Of a DNA stretch of 61,811 bases, positions 1 through 10,164 are shown in pieces. Positions within the stretch are counted from its first letter, which is position 1. Every line of letters begins with the position of its first letter. The translations under genes were made by a program, and so were the position numbers. Origin of the DNA: Pseudomonadota bacterium (GTDB lineage: Bacteria > Pseudomonadota > Gammaproteobacteria > GCA-002705445 > GCA-002716945); the NCBI GenBank assembly GCA_036163455.1, contig JAYZKL010000035.1:1-61811 (forward strand). Direction: 5' to 3'. The notes beneath the pieces were generated by a model that saw nothing but the letters and a program-made list of their open reading frames with translations, was not told the DNA's origin and made no database searches.

Positions 1-1214
1 GCAAAAAATATATAGATGCAATAAGTTCTTGGTGGGTGAATCTTTTTGGACACTGCAACCCATATATAAATAAAAAAATTGAAACTCAACTTAAAAATTT
101 AGAACATGTTCTTCTAGCTGGATTTACTCATTTGCCAGCAATTAATTTGTCAGAGAGGCTCATTGAACTTACACCAAAAAAAATAACAAAATGTTTTTTT
201 ACAGATAATGGCTCATCATCCATAGATGCTGCTATGAAAATGAGTTTTCACTATTGGAAAAATAAAGGCTATAAGAATAAAAGAAAGTTTATTGCGTTAA
301 CTAATAGCTACCATGGAGAAACGCTTGGGTCGCTATCAGTTAGCAATATAGATCTGTATAAGAAAACATATAGAGAAATTCTAAAAAATACTATTATGGT
401 GAAATCTCCTGATTGTTTTTTTAAAAATGAAAAAGATTCTGACAAAGAGCATACAATCAAAATGTTTGATGAAATGTTAGATGCTATAAAAAAAAATCAT
501 AAAAATGTTTGCGCAGTTATTGTAGAACCCTTGGTTCAATGTGCTGGATATATGAGAATGTATCATGAGGTTTATCTGTCTCTGCTTAGACAAGCATGTA
601 CAAAATATAAAATACATCTAATTGTAGATGAAATTGCTGTGGGATTTGGGAGAACAGGAACAATGTTTGCTTTTGAAAAATCAAAAATTACTCCCGATAT
701 TATTTGTACTTCTAAAGGAATTACAGGAGGGTATATGACATTATCATCTATTCTAACAACTAATGAAATCTATAATGCTTTCTATGACGAATATACTAAA
801 CTAAATGCTTTTCTGCATTCACATAGTTATACAGCAAATCCAATTGCATGTACTGCTGCTTGCGCATCATTAGACTTATTTAAAAAATATAACACTTTAA
901 AGAATAATCAAAAACTTTCAAATTATATTCTTAAAAAGATTTGTCATCTAGCTGAACACCCTAATATTGCAGAAGTACGTCAAAAAGGAATGATTACAGC
1001 TGTTGAAATGGTAAAGAACAAATCAAAGAGAATCCCATATAATTGGAAGGAAAGAAGAGGAATAAAAGCTTATTTATATGGATTAAAAAATAACGTTTTG
1101 ATTCGTCCTCTTGGTAATGTTATTTATTTTATGCCTCCTTATGTGATTAAGCTTAAAGAAATTGATAAAGTGATTGAAGTGATTGAAGGGGCTATAAATG
1201 AAGCAACTAAATAA
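1..1214 (+). CDS. bioA: adenosylmethionine-8-amino-7-oxononanoate aminotransferase (BioA), 5'-truncated by window edge
   Basis: The frame is open from nt 3 (KYIDAISSWWVNLFGH). Class-III aminotransferase motifs DEIAVGFGRTGTMFA and the PLP-lysine context TSKGITGGY are present. TAA stop at 1212-1214. Confidence 0.85.
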   Translation, partial: KKYIDAISSWWVNLFGHCNPYINKKIETQLKNLEHVLLAGFTHLPAINLSERLIELTPKKITKCFFTDNGSSSIDAAMKMSFHYWKNKGYKNKRKFIALTNSYHGETLGSLSVSNIDLYKKTYREILKNTIMVKSPDCFFKNEKDSDKEHTIKMFDEMLDAIKKNHKNVCAVIVEPLVQCAGYMRMYHEVYLSLLRQACTKYKIHLIVDEIAVGFGRTGTMFAFEKSKITPDIICTSKGITGGYMTLSSILTTNEIYNAFYDEYTKLNAFLHSHSYTANPIACTAACASLDLFKKYNTLKNNQKLSNYILKKICHLAEHPNIAEVRQKGMITAVEMVKNKSKRIPYNWKERRGIKAYLYGLKNNVLIRPLGNVIYFMPPYVIKLKEIDKVIEVIEGAINEATK

Positions 1215-1911
1215 ACAGCATAGGGTTTTTATAAATACGTCTTTAGATATAGGAAAAGAAATAGACTGCCCAACAGAAACTATACATCACATTCGAAATG
1301 TTCTTAGAGTTAAAACAAATGAAAAAATAATAATTTTTAATGGAGACGGTAAAGAATTTAAAGGTAAGTTATTAAAAGAAAATAATAAAAAAATAATAAT
1401 TACAGATCTGTTAAGAGCCAAAAAAAAATCGAGTAAGAAAATTATCCTGGCTCAATGTCTTTCTAGTAATAAGCACATGGATTTTGCAATCCAAAAATCT
1501 GTTGAATTAGGAATAGATATTATAATTCCAATAAAATCTAAAAGGAGTCATCCAGGGGGTTATATAAAAAAAATAAGTCACTGGAAAAAAATTATAATTC
1601 ATGCTACTGAGCAATCACATGGTCTCTTTATACCGGAACTTTCTGTGCCAATGAGTTTTCATCAAACTCTAACTCATAGAAAATTTAAAAGCTCACATAA
1701 AATAATATTTCATCAGTCAGGTAGAAAGATGATTCCTGATGACTCTAAGGCTGACAACATTATTTTTTTGATTGGTCCAGAAGGAGGATTTGATGATGTA
1801 GAAATAGAAGATGCAACTAAAGAAAATTGGAATATAATAAGTTTAGGAGATAGAATTCTTAGAACAGAAACAGCAGCTATTGTAGCACAAACACTATTAA
1901 GAAACGTCTGA
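1198..1911 (+). CDS. rsmE: 16S rRNA (uracil1498-N3)-methyltransferase RsmE
   Basis: 237 aa. C-terminal SPOUT motifs LIGPEGGF and LGDRILRTETAA are present. The ATG overlaps the bioA end by 17 nt. Confidence 0.85.
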   Translation: MKQLNKQHRVFINTSLDIGKEIDCPTETIHHIRNVLRVKTNEKIIIFNGDGKEFKGKLLKENNKKIIITDLLRAKKKSSKKIILAQCLSSNKHMDFAIQKSVELGIDIIIPIKSKRSHPGGYIKKISHWKKIIIHATEQSHGLFIPELSVPMSFHQTLTHRKFKSSHKIIFHQSGRKMIPDDSKADNIIFLIGPEGGFDDVEIEDATKENWNIISLGDRILRTETAAIVAQTLLRNV

Positions 1912-1919
1912 TTATTAAA

Positions 1920-3173
1920 ATGAGCAAGCAAATTACAGTTGAGTATACAAAAGAATTTATAGATCAGAGTCTTCACTCATGTATCATACAAAATCATAAT
2001 CAAATTGAAACATGGTTCAGGAGACAGTGGATTAAATATCCTCCTCCATTCTATAGCTCTATAGATATCAGGAATTCTGGCTTTAAGATTGCCCCTATAG
2101 ATACAAATCTATTTCCCGCTGGCTTTAATAATCTAAATAAAGATTTTGAATTTCTTTATATTTCAGCAATACAACATGTATTAGAAAGGGTCTCAGGAAA
2201 TATTTCTAAGATTTTAATAATTCCAGAAAATCACACTAGAAACAAATTTTATCTAAAAAGTTTAGATGCTCTTATAAATTTAATAAAGAAATCTGGTTAT
2301 GAAGTACGTGTTGCTAAAATACCAAATAATCAAACTATTAGTTTAGCGGAAGAAAATATTATAAGAAAAAATGATTATTTAGTTCTAGGGGATTATATTC
2401 CTGATGTTATCATTCTTAATAATGATTTATCAGATGAAATTCCCTCTCTGCTAAATGGCATCAAACAACCTGTCTTACCAGATAAAAATATGGGATGGTC
2501 CAACAGATCGAAAACAATACATTTTGACTATTACAGCGATATAGTGAATAGTTTTTCAAGAATTCTTGATATTGATGGTTGGCTTTTGGAACCACAATAT
2601 AGAAACTGTGGAGAGATAGATTTTCAAACCAAACAAGGTGAAGACTGTTTATTATACAATGCTAATAAGCTGTTTAACTTGATACAAAAAAAATATGATG
2701 AATATTCCATAAATGAAAAACCATACATAATGATTAAGGCTGATTCGGGTACGTATGGTATGGGTATAATGAGAGTTGATAACTTAGAAATGTTAAAAAA
2801 TTTAAACCGAAAACAACGTACAAAAATGTCAAGAATCAAAGGTGGTAATAAATTAGATAGAGTAATTTTACAGGAAGGGATATATTCTTATGAACATTTA
2901 AAACCATCTGATCATGTTGCGGAACCAGTAATATATTCATTTGGAAATAATCTTGTAGGAGGATTTTATAGATTACATAATATGAAAAATAATTCTGAAA
3001 ACCTAAATGCCCCAGGTATGATTTTTCATCCAATACCTTTTAAGAATGCATGTTTAACTCCAAATTCTGATGAGCCAATTTATTCTGAAACAAATAAATT
3101 CTATATTTATGGTGTTATTGCAAGATTAGCTATATTAGCTGCAGCAAAAGAAATCTATAATCTTGGAGATTAG
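1920..3173 (+). CDS. gshA: glutamate--cysteine ligase, short ~420-aa type (resembles the Acidithiobacillus-type GshA family, from memory TIGR02049)
   Basis: 417 aa. The N-terminal block PPPFYSSIDIRNSGFKIAPIDTNLFPAGFNNL matches this family as I remember it. It lies directly upstream of and abutting gshB. Family assignment needs an HMM check. Confidence 0.65.
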   Translation: MSKQITVEYTKEFIDQSLHSCIIQNHNQIETWFRRQWIKYPPPFYSSIDIRNSGFKIAPIDTNLFPAGFNNLNKDFEFLYISAIQHVLERVSGNISKILIIPENHTRNKFYLKSLDALINLIKKSGYEVRVAKIPNNQTISLAEENIIRKNDYLVLGDYIPDVIILNNDLSDEIPSLLNGIKQPVLPDKNMGWSNRSKTIHFDYYSDIVNSFSRILDIDGWLLEPQYRNCGEIDFQTKQGEDCLLYNANKLFNLIQKKYDEYSINEKPYIMIKADSGTYGMGIMRVDNLEMLKNLNRKQRTKMSRIKGGNKLDRVILQEGIYSYEHLKPSDHVAEPVIYSFGNNLVGGFYRLHNMKNNSENLNAPGMIFHPIPFKNACLTPNSDEPIYSETNKFYIYGVIARLAILAAAKEIYNLGD

Positions 3174-3174
3174 A

Positions 3175-4134
3175 TTGTTTAGATTTGGTATTATTATGGA
3201 CCCAATTGAAACAATCAATCCTGAGTGGGATAGTACCTTTGCACTAATGTTAGCATTACAAAAAAAAGGTTTCATTGAGTATATTGAGTCACAGAGTTTA
3301 TATCTCAAAGATAAAAAGGTTTTTGCAGACTCTTCAACAATTCAAGTTTCAAGAAACAAAAAAAAATATTTTACAATATCAAAATCTAGGAAAGTCAATC
3401 TTAATAAATTTGATTGTGTGTTATTTAGGACAAACCCGCCCGTGGATGATAATTATATACACTCTACATATTTATTAGATTATGTCGAAAATAATGGAAC
3501 TTTAGTTGTTAATTCTCCTCAAGCTTTGAGAGATTTTAATGAGAAGATTCTTGGTGTTAATTTTAATGAAAAGAAACTTCCTACGATTATAGCTAGTAAT
3601 ATCAATACTATTGAAAATTTTATTCAGAAACAAAAAAAGGTTGTAATAAAACCATTAAATTTAATGGCTGGCAAACTAATTTCTTTAGTTAAGTACACTG
3701 ATAAAGATATAAATAAAACAATTAAAAAAGTAACAAATGAAGGAAAAAAGCTTGTCATGGTACAGAAATTTATTAAGGAGATCAATAAAGGAGATACAAG
3801 GATTATCATTTACAATGGAATCCCTTATGAAAAAGTATTAGTTAGATTTCCACCACAAAATGAATTCCGTGCAAACTTAGCTTATGGCGGGAAGTTTTTT
3901 ATTAGAAACATAAAACAGCGACATAAAGAGATTCTAAAAAAAATTGGAATTTATCTGAAACTAAATAGAGTCTACCTTGCTGGAGTTGATATGATTGGCG
4001 ACTATGTTACTGAAATCAATATAACTTCTCCATCAGGTATAAATGAAATTGATAAAGAGACTAAATATGACCTGAGTAAAAAAATTGCAAAAGAATTTAT
4101 TAATACTATAAAGACATATTACAATTATGAGTAA
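3175..4134 (+). CDS. gshB: glutathione synthetase (ATP-grasp)
   Basis: FRFGIIMDPIETINPEWDSTFALMLALQKKG aligns with the E. coli GshB N-terminus (KLGIVMDPIANINIKKDSSFAMLLEAQRRG). The C-terminal block GVDMIGDYVTEINITSP is also present. TTG at 3175 sits 6 nt after GGAG (3165-3168). Alternative starts are 3163 and 3196. Confidence 0.88.
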   Translation: MFRFGIIMDPIETINPEWDSTFALMLALQKKGFIEYIESQSLYLKDKKVFADSSTIQVSRNKKKYFTISKSRKVNLNKFDCVLFRTNPPVDDNYIHSTYLLDYVENNGTLVVNSPQALRDFNEKILGVNFNEKKLPTIIASNINTIENFIQKQKKVVIKPLNLMAGKLISLVKYTDKDINKTIKKVTNEGKKLVMVQKFIKEINKGDTRIIIYNGIPYEKVLVRFPPQNEFRANLAYGGKFFIRNIKQRHKEILKKIGIYLKLNRVYLAGVDMIGDYVTEINITSPSGINEIDKETKYDLSKKIAKEFINTIKTYYNYE

Positions 4135-4579
4135 TAAATATTCTGAAAATGATGACGCAGTTTTTTTTGGTATTGATTTTGGATTAAAAAAAATAGGAGT
4201 AGCGATTAGTCAAAATATCACAAAAAAAGCATCTCCCTTAGCAATAATCTATAATAAAAGAAATATTATTAATTGGAATGAATTAGATCAAATAATTATA
4301 ACGTGGTCACCTAAAATCATAATAGTTGGCCAACCTGCAGTTAAAAAAGAAAATAATTTCACTAGGGCTCTAGACTCTTTCAATAAACAGTTATCTGAAA
4401 GATATAGTGGCAGGCTCAAAATTATAAAATATTCTGAAGAATATACTACAGAAGAAAGCAAAGGTTTATATCGAGAAATGAGGCAAAATCACGAAAAAAT
4501 AAATAAAAAATACCATTTAGATGATGTCTCTGCCTCAATAATCTTGCAAAGCTGGCTCAATGAAAATATGATAAGTTGA
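4127..4579 (+). CDS. ruvX: YqgF/RuvX putative pre-16S rRNA nuclease (Holliday junction resolvase-like)
   Basis: 150 aa with N-terminal FGIDFGLKKIGVAIS (RNase H-like YqgF motif). The gshB-ruvX-pyrB order is conserved in gammaproteobacteria. Confidence 0.85.
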   Translation: MSNKYSENDDAVFFGIDFGLKKIGVAISQNITKKASPLAIIYNKRNIINWNELDQIIITWSPKIIIVGQPAVKKENNFTRALDSFNKQLSERYSGRLKIIKYSEEYTTEESKGLYREMRQNHEKINKKYHLDDVSASIILQSWLNENMIS

Positions 4580-4583
4580 TAAT

Positions 4584-5534
4584 ATGAATTTTGATTATAA
4601 AATCCAATTTAACTCAAAAAATCAACTCATACATCTTCTTAATGTTGAATCACTAAAATTAGAACATATAAATGAAATCATCAGTCTTGCAGAATACTAT
4701 GAAAATGAAAAAATAAAAAAATTTAATGATTTAAATGGTAAAACAATAGCTAATTTATTTTTTGAACCTAGTACGAGAACAAAAACTACATTTGAACTTG
4801 CATCAAAAAGACTCTCAGCTGATTTCATAAATATAGATGTAGCTAACTCTTCCACAAATAAAGGTGAGTCTGTGCTTGATATGATTAAAACACTAGAGGC
4901 TATGAACTGCGATATGTTTATTGTTAGGCATTCAGTATCTGGTACCTCTCATTATATTGCTGAGGAAGTTGGTAAAAATATTGCTGTTATCAATGCTGGA
5001 GATGGTTCTCATGCTCATCCTACTCAGGCAATGCTTGACATGTATACAATAAAAAAGAATAAAGGTGAATTTAAAAACTTAAATATATCAATCGTAGGTG
5101 ATATTTTACATTCAAGGGTAGCAAGATCTACGATTGCAGCACTTAAAATTCTCTCAGTGAAGAATATAAATATGGTTGGACCGAAAAATTTGATGCCAGA
5201 AAATATTAATGAGTTAAAGGCCAGTTATATAGAAAATTTAGAAGAAGGTATAAATGACGCAGATGTCATTATCATGCTGAGATTACAAAAAGAAAGAATG
5301 CATGAGGCATTAATTTCAACTGATGAATACTATAAGGCATATGGGCTTACTGAAAAAAAACTAAAATCAGCAAAGAAAGATGTAATAGTCATGCACCCTG
5401 GACCAATTAATAGGGGAATAGAAATAGATTCTGAGGTAGCAGACGGGAAGAATTCGGTAATTTTAGATCAAGTTTCTTCTGGAATCGCAATAAGAATGGC
5501 AATTATGTCTTTAATTTTTAAAAATAGAAAATAG
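4584..5534 (+). CDS. pyrB: aspartate carbamoyltransferase catalytic subunit
   Basis: Motifs EPSTRTKTTFE, HAHPTQAMLD and MHPGPINRG are present. Confidence 0.92.
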   Translation: MNFDYKIQFNSKNQLIHLLNVESLKLEHINEIISLAEYYENEKIKKFNDLNGKTIANLFFEPSTRTKTTFELASKRLSADFINIDVANSSTNKGESVLDMIKTLEAMNCDMFIVRHSVSGTSHYIAEEVGKNIAVINAGDGSHAHPTQAMLDMYTIKKNKGEFKNLNISIVGDILHSRVARSTIAALKILSVKNINMVGPKNLMPENINELKASYIENLEEGINDADVIIMLRLQKERMHEALISTDEYYKAYGLTEKKLKSAKKDVIVMHPGPINRGIEIDSEVADGKNSVILDQVSSGIAIRMAIMSLIFKNRK

Positions 5535-5539
5535 AATTG

Positions 5540-6217
5540 ATGGAAAAAAGTTTTTCTGAAAAATTAAAGAATCTGGATCAAGAAATAAAAAGCCATTTAA
5601 AGTATCCTTATGAAAATTTTAAATTAGTTATAGTTACAAAAACGCAAGATAATAAAGAAATTTCAGAAATTATTAAATTAGGATATAGAATATTTGCTGA
5701 AAATTATGTTGATGAAAGTTTAAGTAAAATAGAGTATTTCAAAAAAAAAAATTTAGAATGGCATTTTATAGGAAGAATTCAGTCAAATAAAATTAAAAAA
5801 ATTTGCAAGTATTTTGATTGGGTACAAACTATATGCTCAGAAAAACATGCAGTAATCCTCGATAATGAATGTCAGAAAATTAATAAGAATATGAATATTT
5901 GTATTCAAATTAATATTGATAATGAAGAATCAAAATCAGGAATACAGATTAATGAGCTAAATAGTTTTATAAAGAATATCTCTAAACTTAAAAACCTAAC
6001 AATTAGGGGCTTAATGGCCATTCCATCAAAAACTAATATTTTGAAGGAAAAGCAAGATTCGTATACTATACTGAGATTAGCATTTGAAAAACTTACTGCT
6101 GAAATGAAAAACTTTGATACATTATCTATAGGGATGAGCAATGATTATATATGTGCATTACAGAATGGTTCTACAATGCTTAGAATTGGTCAATATATTT
6201 TTGGTGAGAGAAAATGA
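5540..6217 (+). CDS. yggS: YggS-family pyridoxal-phosphate homeostasis protein
   Basis: About 225 aa with a single alanine-racemase-N-like domain: VTKTQ near the N-terminus and LSIGMSNDY..A...GST.LRIG near the C-terminus. The yggS-proC-yggT order is conserved. ATG at 5540; a TTG at 5537 is also possible. Confidence 0.85.
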   Translation: MEKSFSEKLKNLDQEIKSHLKYPYENFKLVIVTKTQDNKEISEIIKLGYRIFAENYVDESLSKIEYFKKKNLEWHFIGRIQSNKIKKICKYFDWVQTICSEKHAVILDNECQKINKNMNICIQINIDNEESKSGIQINELNSFIKNISKLKNLTIRGLMAIPSKTNILKEKQDSYTILRLAFEKLTAEMKNFDTLSIGMSNDYICALQNGSTMLRIGQYIFGERK

Positions 6218-7023
6218 ATAATAATATTGGCATTATAGGTATAGGAAATATAACGCAAATACTGCTAAAAAGATTGATTGATAATAAATTTAAGAACAAA
6301 GTATTTATTTACGATATTGATAAAAGTAATAAGAAATTTTCAAAAGGAAATAAAATAATCTTTAAAAAGAGTTTGGAAGAAGTATCAAGTTCTGCTGATC
6401 TAATATTGATTGCAGTAAAACCAAAAAACTATATAAAAGTATGTTCCAATTTAAAAAATTTTATAAATTCTAAAACTGTTATAATGAGTTTGATGGCTGG
6501 AGTTAAATCTGAAAATATATCAAAATATTTTGATATACCTACACTACCGATAATGAGAGTCATGACAAACATTAATGCGAAGTTTGGGCACGCCGCCACT
6601 TTTCTATATCACAATAGATACGTGACTAATAAGAATCTTAATACAATTAATGCGTTTTGGAAAAACTTTGGTTCCGTTAATAATGTTAAATCAGAAATTG
6701 AAATTGATAAAGTAACTGCTCTACTAGGTAGTGGTCCAGCATATTTTCTTGAATTTACTCAATCATTCATTAAAGTGCTTCAGAATTTTGGATTTTCTAA
6801 AGAGAAGTCAAATAAATATGCATGTGAACTATTTTTTGGAACAGCCTTTTTTTGTAATAATGATGCTCGCAATATTGAAAAAATAAAACAAACGGTTGCT
6901 TCAAAAGGCGGAACTACTGAATCTGCTCTTAGAACTTTAAAAAAGAGAAAGTTTCAAAAAATACTTGAAGAATCTATTTTTGATGCATTTAAAAAGGCAA
7001 AATCTATTAGTAAGGAAGGTTAA
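6214..7023 (+). CDS. proC: pyrroline-5-carboxylate reductase
   Basis: N-terminal Rossmann motif IGIIGIGNI, and C-terminal VASKGGTTESAL typical of ProC. The ATGA start overlaps the yggS stop. Confidence 0.88.
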   Translation: MNNNIGIIGIGNITQILLKRLIDNKFKNKVFIYDIDKSNKKFSKGNKIIFKKSLEEVSSSADLILIAVKPKNYIKVCSNLKNFINSKTVIMSLMAGVKSENISKYFDIPTLPIMRVMTNINAKFGHAATFLYHNRYVTNKNLNTINAFWKNFGSVNNVKSEIEIDKVTALLGSGPAYFLEFTQSFIKVLQNFGFSKEKSNKYACELFFGTAFFCNNDARNIEKIKQTVASKGGTTESALRTLKKRKFQKILEESIFDAFKKAKSISKEG

Positions 7024-7593
7024 ATGACTAACTATCTCTCAGATCCGGTTTTATTAATAGTAGGCACTTTACTTGGTTTTTTAAAATATATGATGATTTT
7101 TAGATTATTATTTGAAGTAGCACGTGTTAATTTCTATAATCCTTTGTGTCAAGCTGTTGTTAAAATAACTAAACCAATCATCTCTCCATTTTCATTTATT
7201 TCATTAAGATTTAGTGGTATTGATTTAGGTATAGTTTTATTAATCATATTTATTATTGGATTAGAAATTACTTTTCCTTATTTCTTCCAAAATGTTGATT
7301 TAAATATAACTCATATTTTGATTCTTTCATTTGGCTTATTTCTTAAAACTGTTTTAAATATATTTTTTTGGTTGATAATCATTGGTGCGATAGCGAGTTG
7401 GTTTTTTATATATAATAATAACCCATTGTTCTCTTTAATAAATGAGCTATGCGACCCCTTATACCAACCTATTAGAAGCCTATTACCATCAATGTCAGGA
7501 ATCGACTTCTCTCCTATCATTTTGCTTTTATTAATTCAATTAACAGAAATGTTGGTTGTGAGACCCATTTTTGGATTAATTCATTATTTTTAA
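7024..7593 (+). CDS. yggT: YggT-family integral membrane protein
   Basis: 189 aa, multi-TM, with repeated YggT-type segments (..ASWF..NP...L...CDPLYQPIR..). Its position after proC is conserved. Confidence 0.8.
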   Translation: MTNYLSDPVLLIVGTLLGFLKYMMIFRLLFEVARVNFYNPLCQAVVKITKPIISPFSFISLRFSGIDLGIVLLIIFIIGLEITFPYFFQNVDLNITHILILSFGLFLKTVLNIFFWLIIIGAIASWFFIYNNNPLFSLINELCDPLYQPIRSLLPSMSGIDFSPIILLLLIQLTEMLVVRPIFGLIHYF

Positions 7594-7595
7594 TT

Positions 7596-8726
7596 ATGAA
7601 TAAAGAAAATACAGTTGGTATGGTTACACCGAAAGTTATGAAAACCCAAGAAAAACTTTTACTTGAGTCTGGGAAAGGACTTGATAGTTTTGATATAACT
7701 TATGAAGTTTATGGAGAATTAAATAAAGATAAAACAAATGCCGTCCTTATTTGTCATGCACTGTCTGGCAACCATCATGTTGCGGGGTATCATGACGGTG
7801 ATAAAAAGCCAGGATGGTGGGATAATATGATAGGTCCAAATAAACCAATAAATACAGAAAAATTCTTTGTAGTTTCATTAAATAATTTAGGTGGATGTCA
7901 TGGTTCAACCGGTCCCACAAGCATTGATCCAAAAACTAAAAAATACTTTGGTTCTAATTTCCCTATAGTTACCGTTGGAGATTGGGTAAATGTACAAAAA
8001 ATCTTAATGGATTATTTAGAAATACCTTTCTGGCAAATTGTTGTAGGCGGTAGTCTTGGTGGAATGCAATCTTTTCAGTGGGCGATTCAATATCCATCAC
8101 TAATTAAAAATTCAATAATTATAGCAGCTGCTCCGCGCCTAACAGCTCAAAACATAGCTTTTAATGAGGTAGCAAGGCAAGCAATTATGAAAGATCCAAA
8201 TTGGCATGGTGGAAATTATTTAGAAAAAAAAGTATCTCCAGAGCATGGGCTCGCTTTAGCTCGTATGTTGGGGCATATAACATATTTATCTGATGAGTCT
8301 ATGGGAGAGAAGTTTGGTAGAGATTTAAAAAAATCAAAATTGGGTTTTGATTTTGATGTTGAATTTCAAATAGAGAGTTATCTTAGATATCAAGGAGAGA
8401 AGTTTGTTTCATCTTTTGATGCAAATACATATCTCTTAATGACAAAGGCTCTTGATTATTTTGATCCATTAAAGGATTTTGGCGAAGAATTTTATAAAAA
8501 ATTAAAACAAACAGACTGTAAATTTTTAGTAATTTCTTTTAATTCTGATTGGAGATTTCCGCCAGTAAGATCGAGAGAAATTGTAAAAATGCTATTGCAG
8601 TCAGAAAAAAATGTTAGTTATTCTGAGATTATTTCTGGCGGTGGACATGATGCTTTTTTGATGGAAAATAATGACTATTTTCAAATTATGAAATTATTTA
8701 CAGATGAAATCCATAATAATGTTTAG
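7596..8726 (+). CDS. metX: homoserine O-acyltransferase MetX (acetyl- or succinyl-transferase; specificity not determinable here)
   Basis: Alpha/beta-hydrolase with the nucleophile elbow GGSLGGMQ and the C-terminal SDWRFPP...GHDAFL block. It is followed by metW. Confidence 0.9.
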   Translation: MNKENTVGMVTPKVMKTQEKLLLESGKGLDSFDITYEVYGELNKDKTNAVLICHALSGNHHVAGYHDGDKKPGWWDNMIGPNKPINTEKFFVVSLNNLGGCHGSTGPTSIDPKTKKYFGSNFPIVTVGDWVNVQKILMDYLEIPFWQIVVGGSLGGMQSFQWAIQYPSLIKNSIIIAAAPRLTAQNIAFNEVARQAIMKDPNWHGGNYLEKKVSPEHGLALARMLGHITYLSDESMGEKFGRDLKKSKLGFDFDVEFQIESYLRYQGEKFVSSFDANTYLLMTKALDYFDPLKDFGEEFYKKLKQTDCKFLVISFNSDWRFPPVRSREIVKMLLQSEKNVSYSEIISGGGHDAFLMENNDYFQIMKLFTDEIHNNV

Positions 8727-9309
8727 AAAAGATTTATTATTAATAAGCTCTTGGGTAAAACCATCTACAAAAGTTTTAGATTTAGGGTGTGGCGATGGGG
8801 AACTCCTGAAAATTTTAAGACAAGAATATAGTGTTCATGGTTATGGTATTGAAAATGATGTTGAAAACATAAAAAAATCTATTAAAAATGGGGTAAATGT
8901 ACTTCAGATAGATTTAGATGCTGGCCTTGATGACTTTGAATCAAAATCCTTTGACTATGTAGTGTTAGCTCAATCACTGCAAGTTTTAAAAGATCCAAAA
9001 AAACTAATAGATGAAATGCTAAGAATTGGCAACGAAATAATTGTCTCTTTTCCTAATATGGGTCATTGGTCTTCAAGACTGAATTTGTTATTAACGGGTA
9101 AAATGCCAGTCACAGAGAATTTACCATATTCTTGGCATGAAACTCCAAATATTCACTTATGTACAATTAAAGATTTTATGGTATTTTGTGAAGAAAATGA
9201 TTACAAGATATTAGAAAAATCAATTACTACTGTTAATCAAAAAAATAATTTCCTTACAAAGAATTTCCCTAATTTATTTGGTGAAATAGCAACCTTTAGA
9301 ATTGAATGA
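8719..9309 (+). CDS. metW: methionine biosynthesis protein MetW
   Basis: MFRKDLLLISSWVKPSTKVLDLGCGDGELL matches the MetW N-terminus. The ATG at 8719 overlaps the metX stop (8724-8726). The ORF-track start at 8704 is an alternative. Confidence 0.88.
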   Translation: MFRKDLLLISSWVKPSTKVLDLGCGDGELLKILRQEYSVHGYGIENDVENIKKSIKNGVNVLQIDLDAGLDDFESKSFDYVVLAQSLQVLKDPKKLIDEMLRIGNEIIVSFPNMGHWSSRLNLLLTGKMPVTENLPYSWHETPNIHLCTIKDFMVFCEENDYKILEKSITTVNQKNNFLTKNFPNLFGEIATFRIE

Positions 9310-9759
9310 TTAGCGTATCTTAGCCTTTATAAAATCTTTATGCTTAACATATAATAAATCAGCAATCTTCCTGATAGTATAATCTTCATATTTATCTATA
9401 ACTTGATCCGCAAAAGCAACTTCCCAAAGGTCTTCCATTAGTTTTTTTTTATCAGAATATGTGCAGCAATCATTTATTTTTGATGTCCATTCATAAAGCG
9501 AAATCATCTCTTCATTTTTTGTGTTAGCTATATCTAAAAGTAAATTTGTTTGTTCGTCTGATAAATCAAAATTTTTCTTGCTAATTGAGAGTATTTTTTG
9601 TTTTTCTGCTTCATCAAAGTTGTCATCTGATTTAGCTACTTCTAGAAGTAATATACAGGTTGATAAAACCAAATGATCATCAAAAGAATTCAGCGTTTCT
9701 TTTTTAACTTCTGTATTACTTGAAGAAATCTTCTCAAGTAAGCTTGATAAAAATTTCAT
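9310..9759 (-). CDS. TerB-family (tellurite-resistance-like) small protein
   Basis: 149 aa, helical and acidic, with two repeats of the ..AKSD.NFDEAE.. / ..VAFADQVIDKYEDYTIRKIADLL.. type typical of the TerB fold. Assigned by pattern recognition only. Confidence 0.55.
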   Translation of the reverse strand: MKFLSSLLEKISSSNTEVKKETLNSFDDHLVLSTCILLLEVAKSDDNFDEAEKQKILSISKKNFDLSDEQTNLLLDIANTKNEEMISLYEWTSKINDCCTYSDKKKLMEDLWEVAFADQVIDKYEDYTIRKIADLLYVKHKDFIKAKIR

Positions 9760-9769
9760 AAGTAATTAT

Positions 9770-10105
9770 TTAGTTGAAAGTCTGTTTTAAGGAATAAATC
9801 CCACTGTTATCATATTCATCAAAGAATATTTCAACAAATGGATGATCTATAGGGTCTGTGCTTGCATCACGCAACAAATTACCTTCTGCAACATAAGTTT
9901 CATTGCCTTGCCCATGAACAAGAATATGATACCACGGTTTATTTTTGTCTGGCCTTGATTTAGCGACGCTCTGATACCATTCATCTGTACCTTGAAAATA
10001 AGGATCTGCATCTACTATCACCCCTCTATAGCCAAATTTTGAATGATATACTATCTGTCCTAATCTGAATCTAGCTTTTTGTCTAAAAGGGTTGTTCTCC
10101 ATCAT
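9770..10105 (-). CDS. hspQ: heat-shock protein HspQ (YccV, hemimethylated-DNA-binding domain)
   Basis: FRLGQIVYHSKFGYRGVIVDADP...PWYHILV...TYVAEGNL aligns with E. coli HspQ ([23 protein letters not shown]...PWYHVVM...TYLAEAQL). Confidence 0.85.
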   Translation of the reverse strand: MMENNPFRQKARFRLGQIVYHSKFGYRGVIVDADPYFQGTDEWYQSVAKSRPDKNKPWYHILVHGQGNETYVAEGNLLRDASTDPIDHPFVEIFFDEYDNSGIYSLKQTFN

Positions 10106-10164
10106 CTCATTATAGTATTTTGTTGGTGATTTTAAAAGAGCATTGGTTTATTTTCTAGAATTGT

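Noticed and set aside
1170-1187. Direct tandem duplication GTGATTGAA x2. I also looked generally for CRISPR-like or longer tandem arrays.
   Set aside because: The duplication simply encodes VIEVIE inside bioA. I found no spaced repeat array or long tandem repeat anywhere in the window on reading it through.
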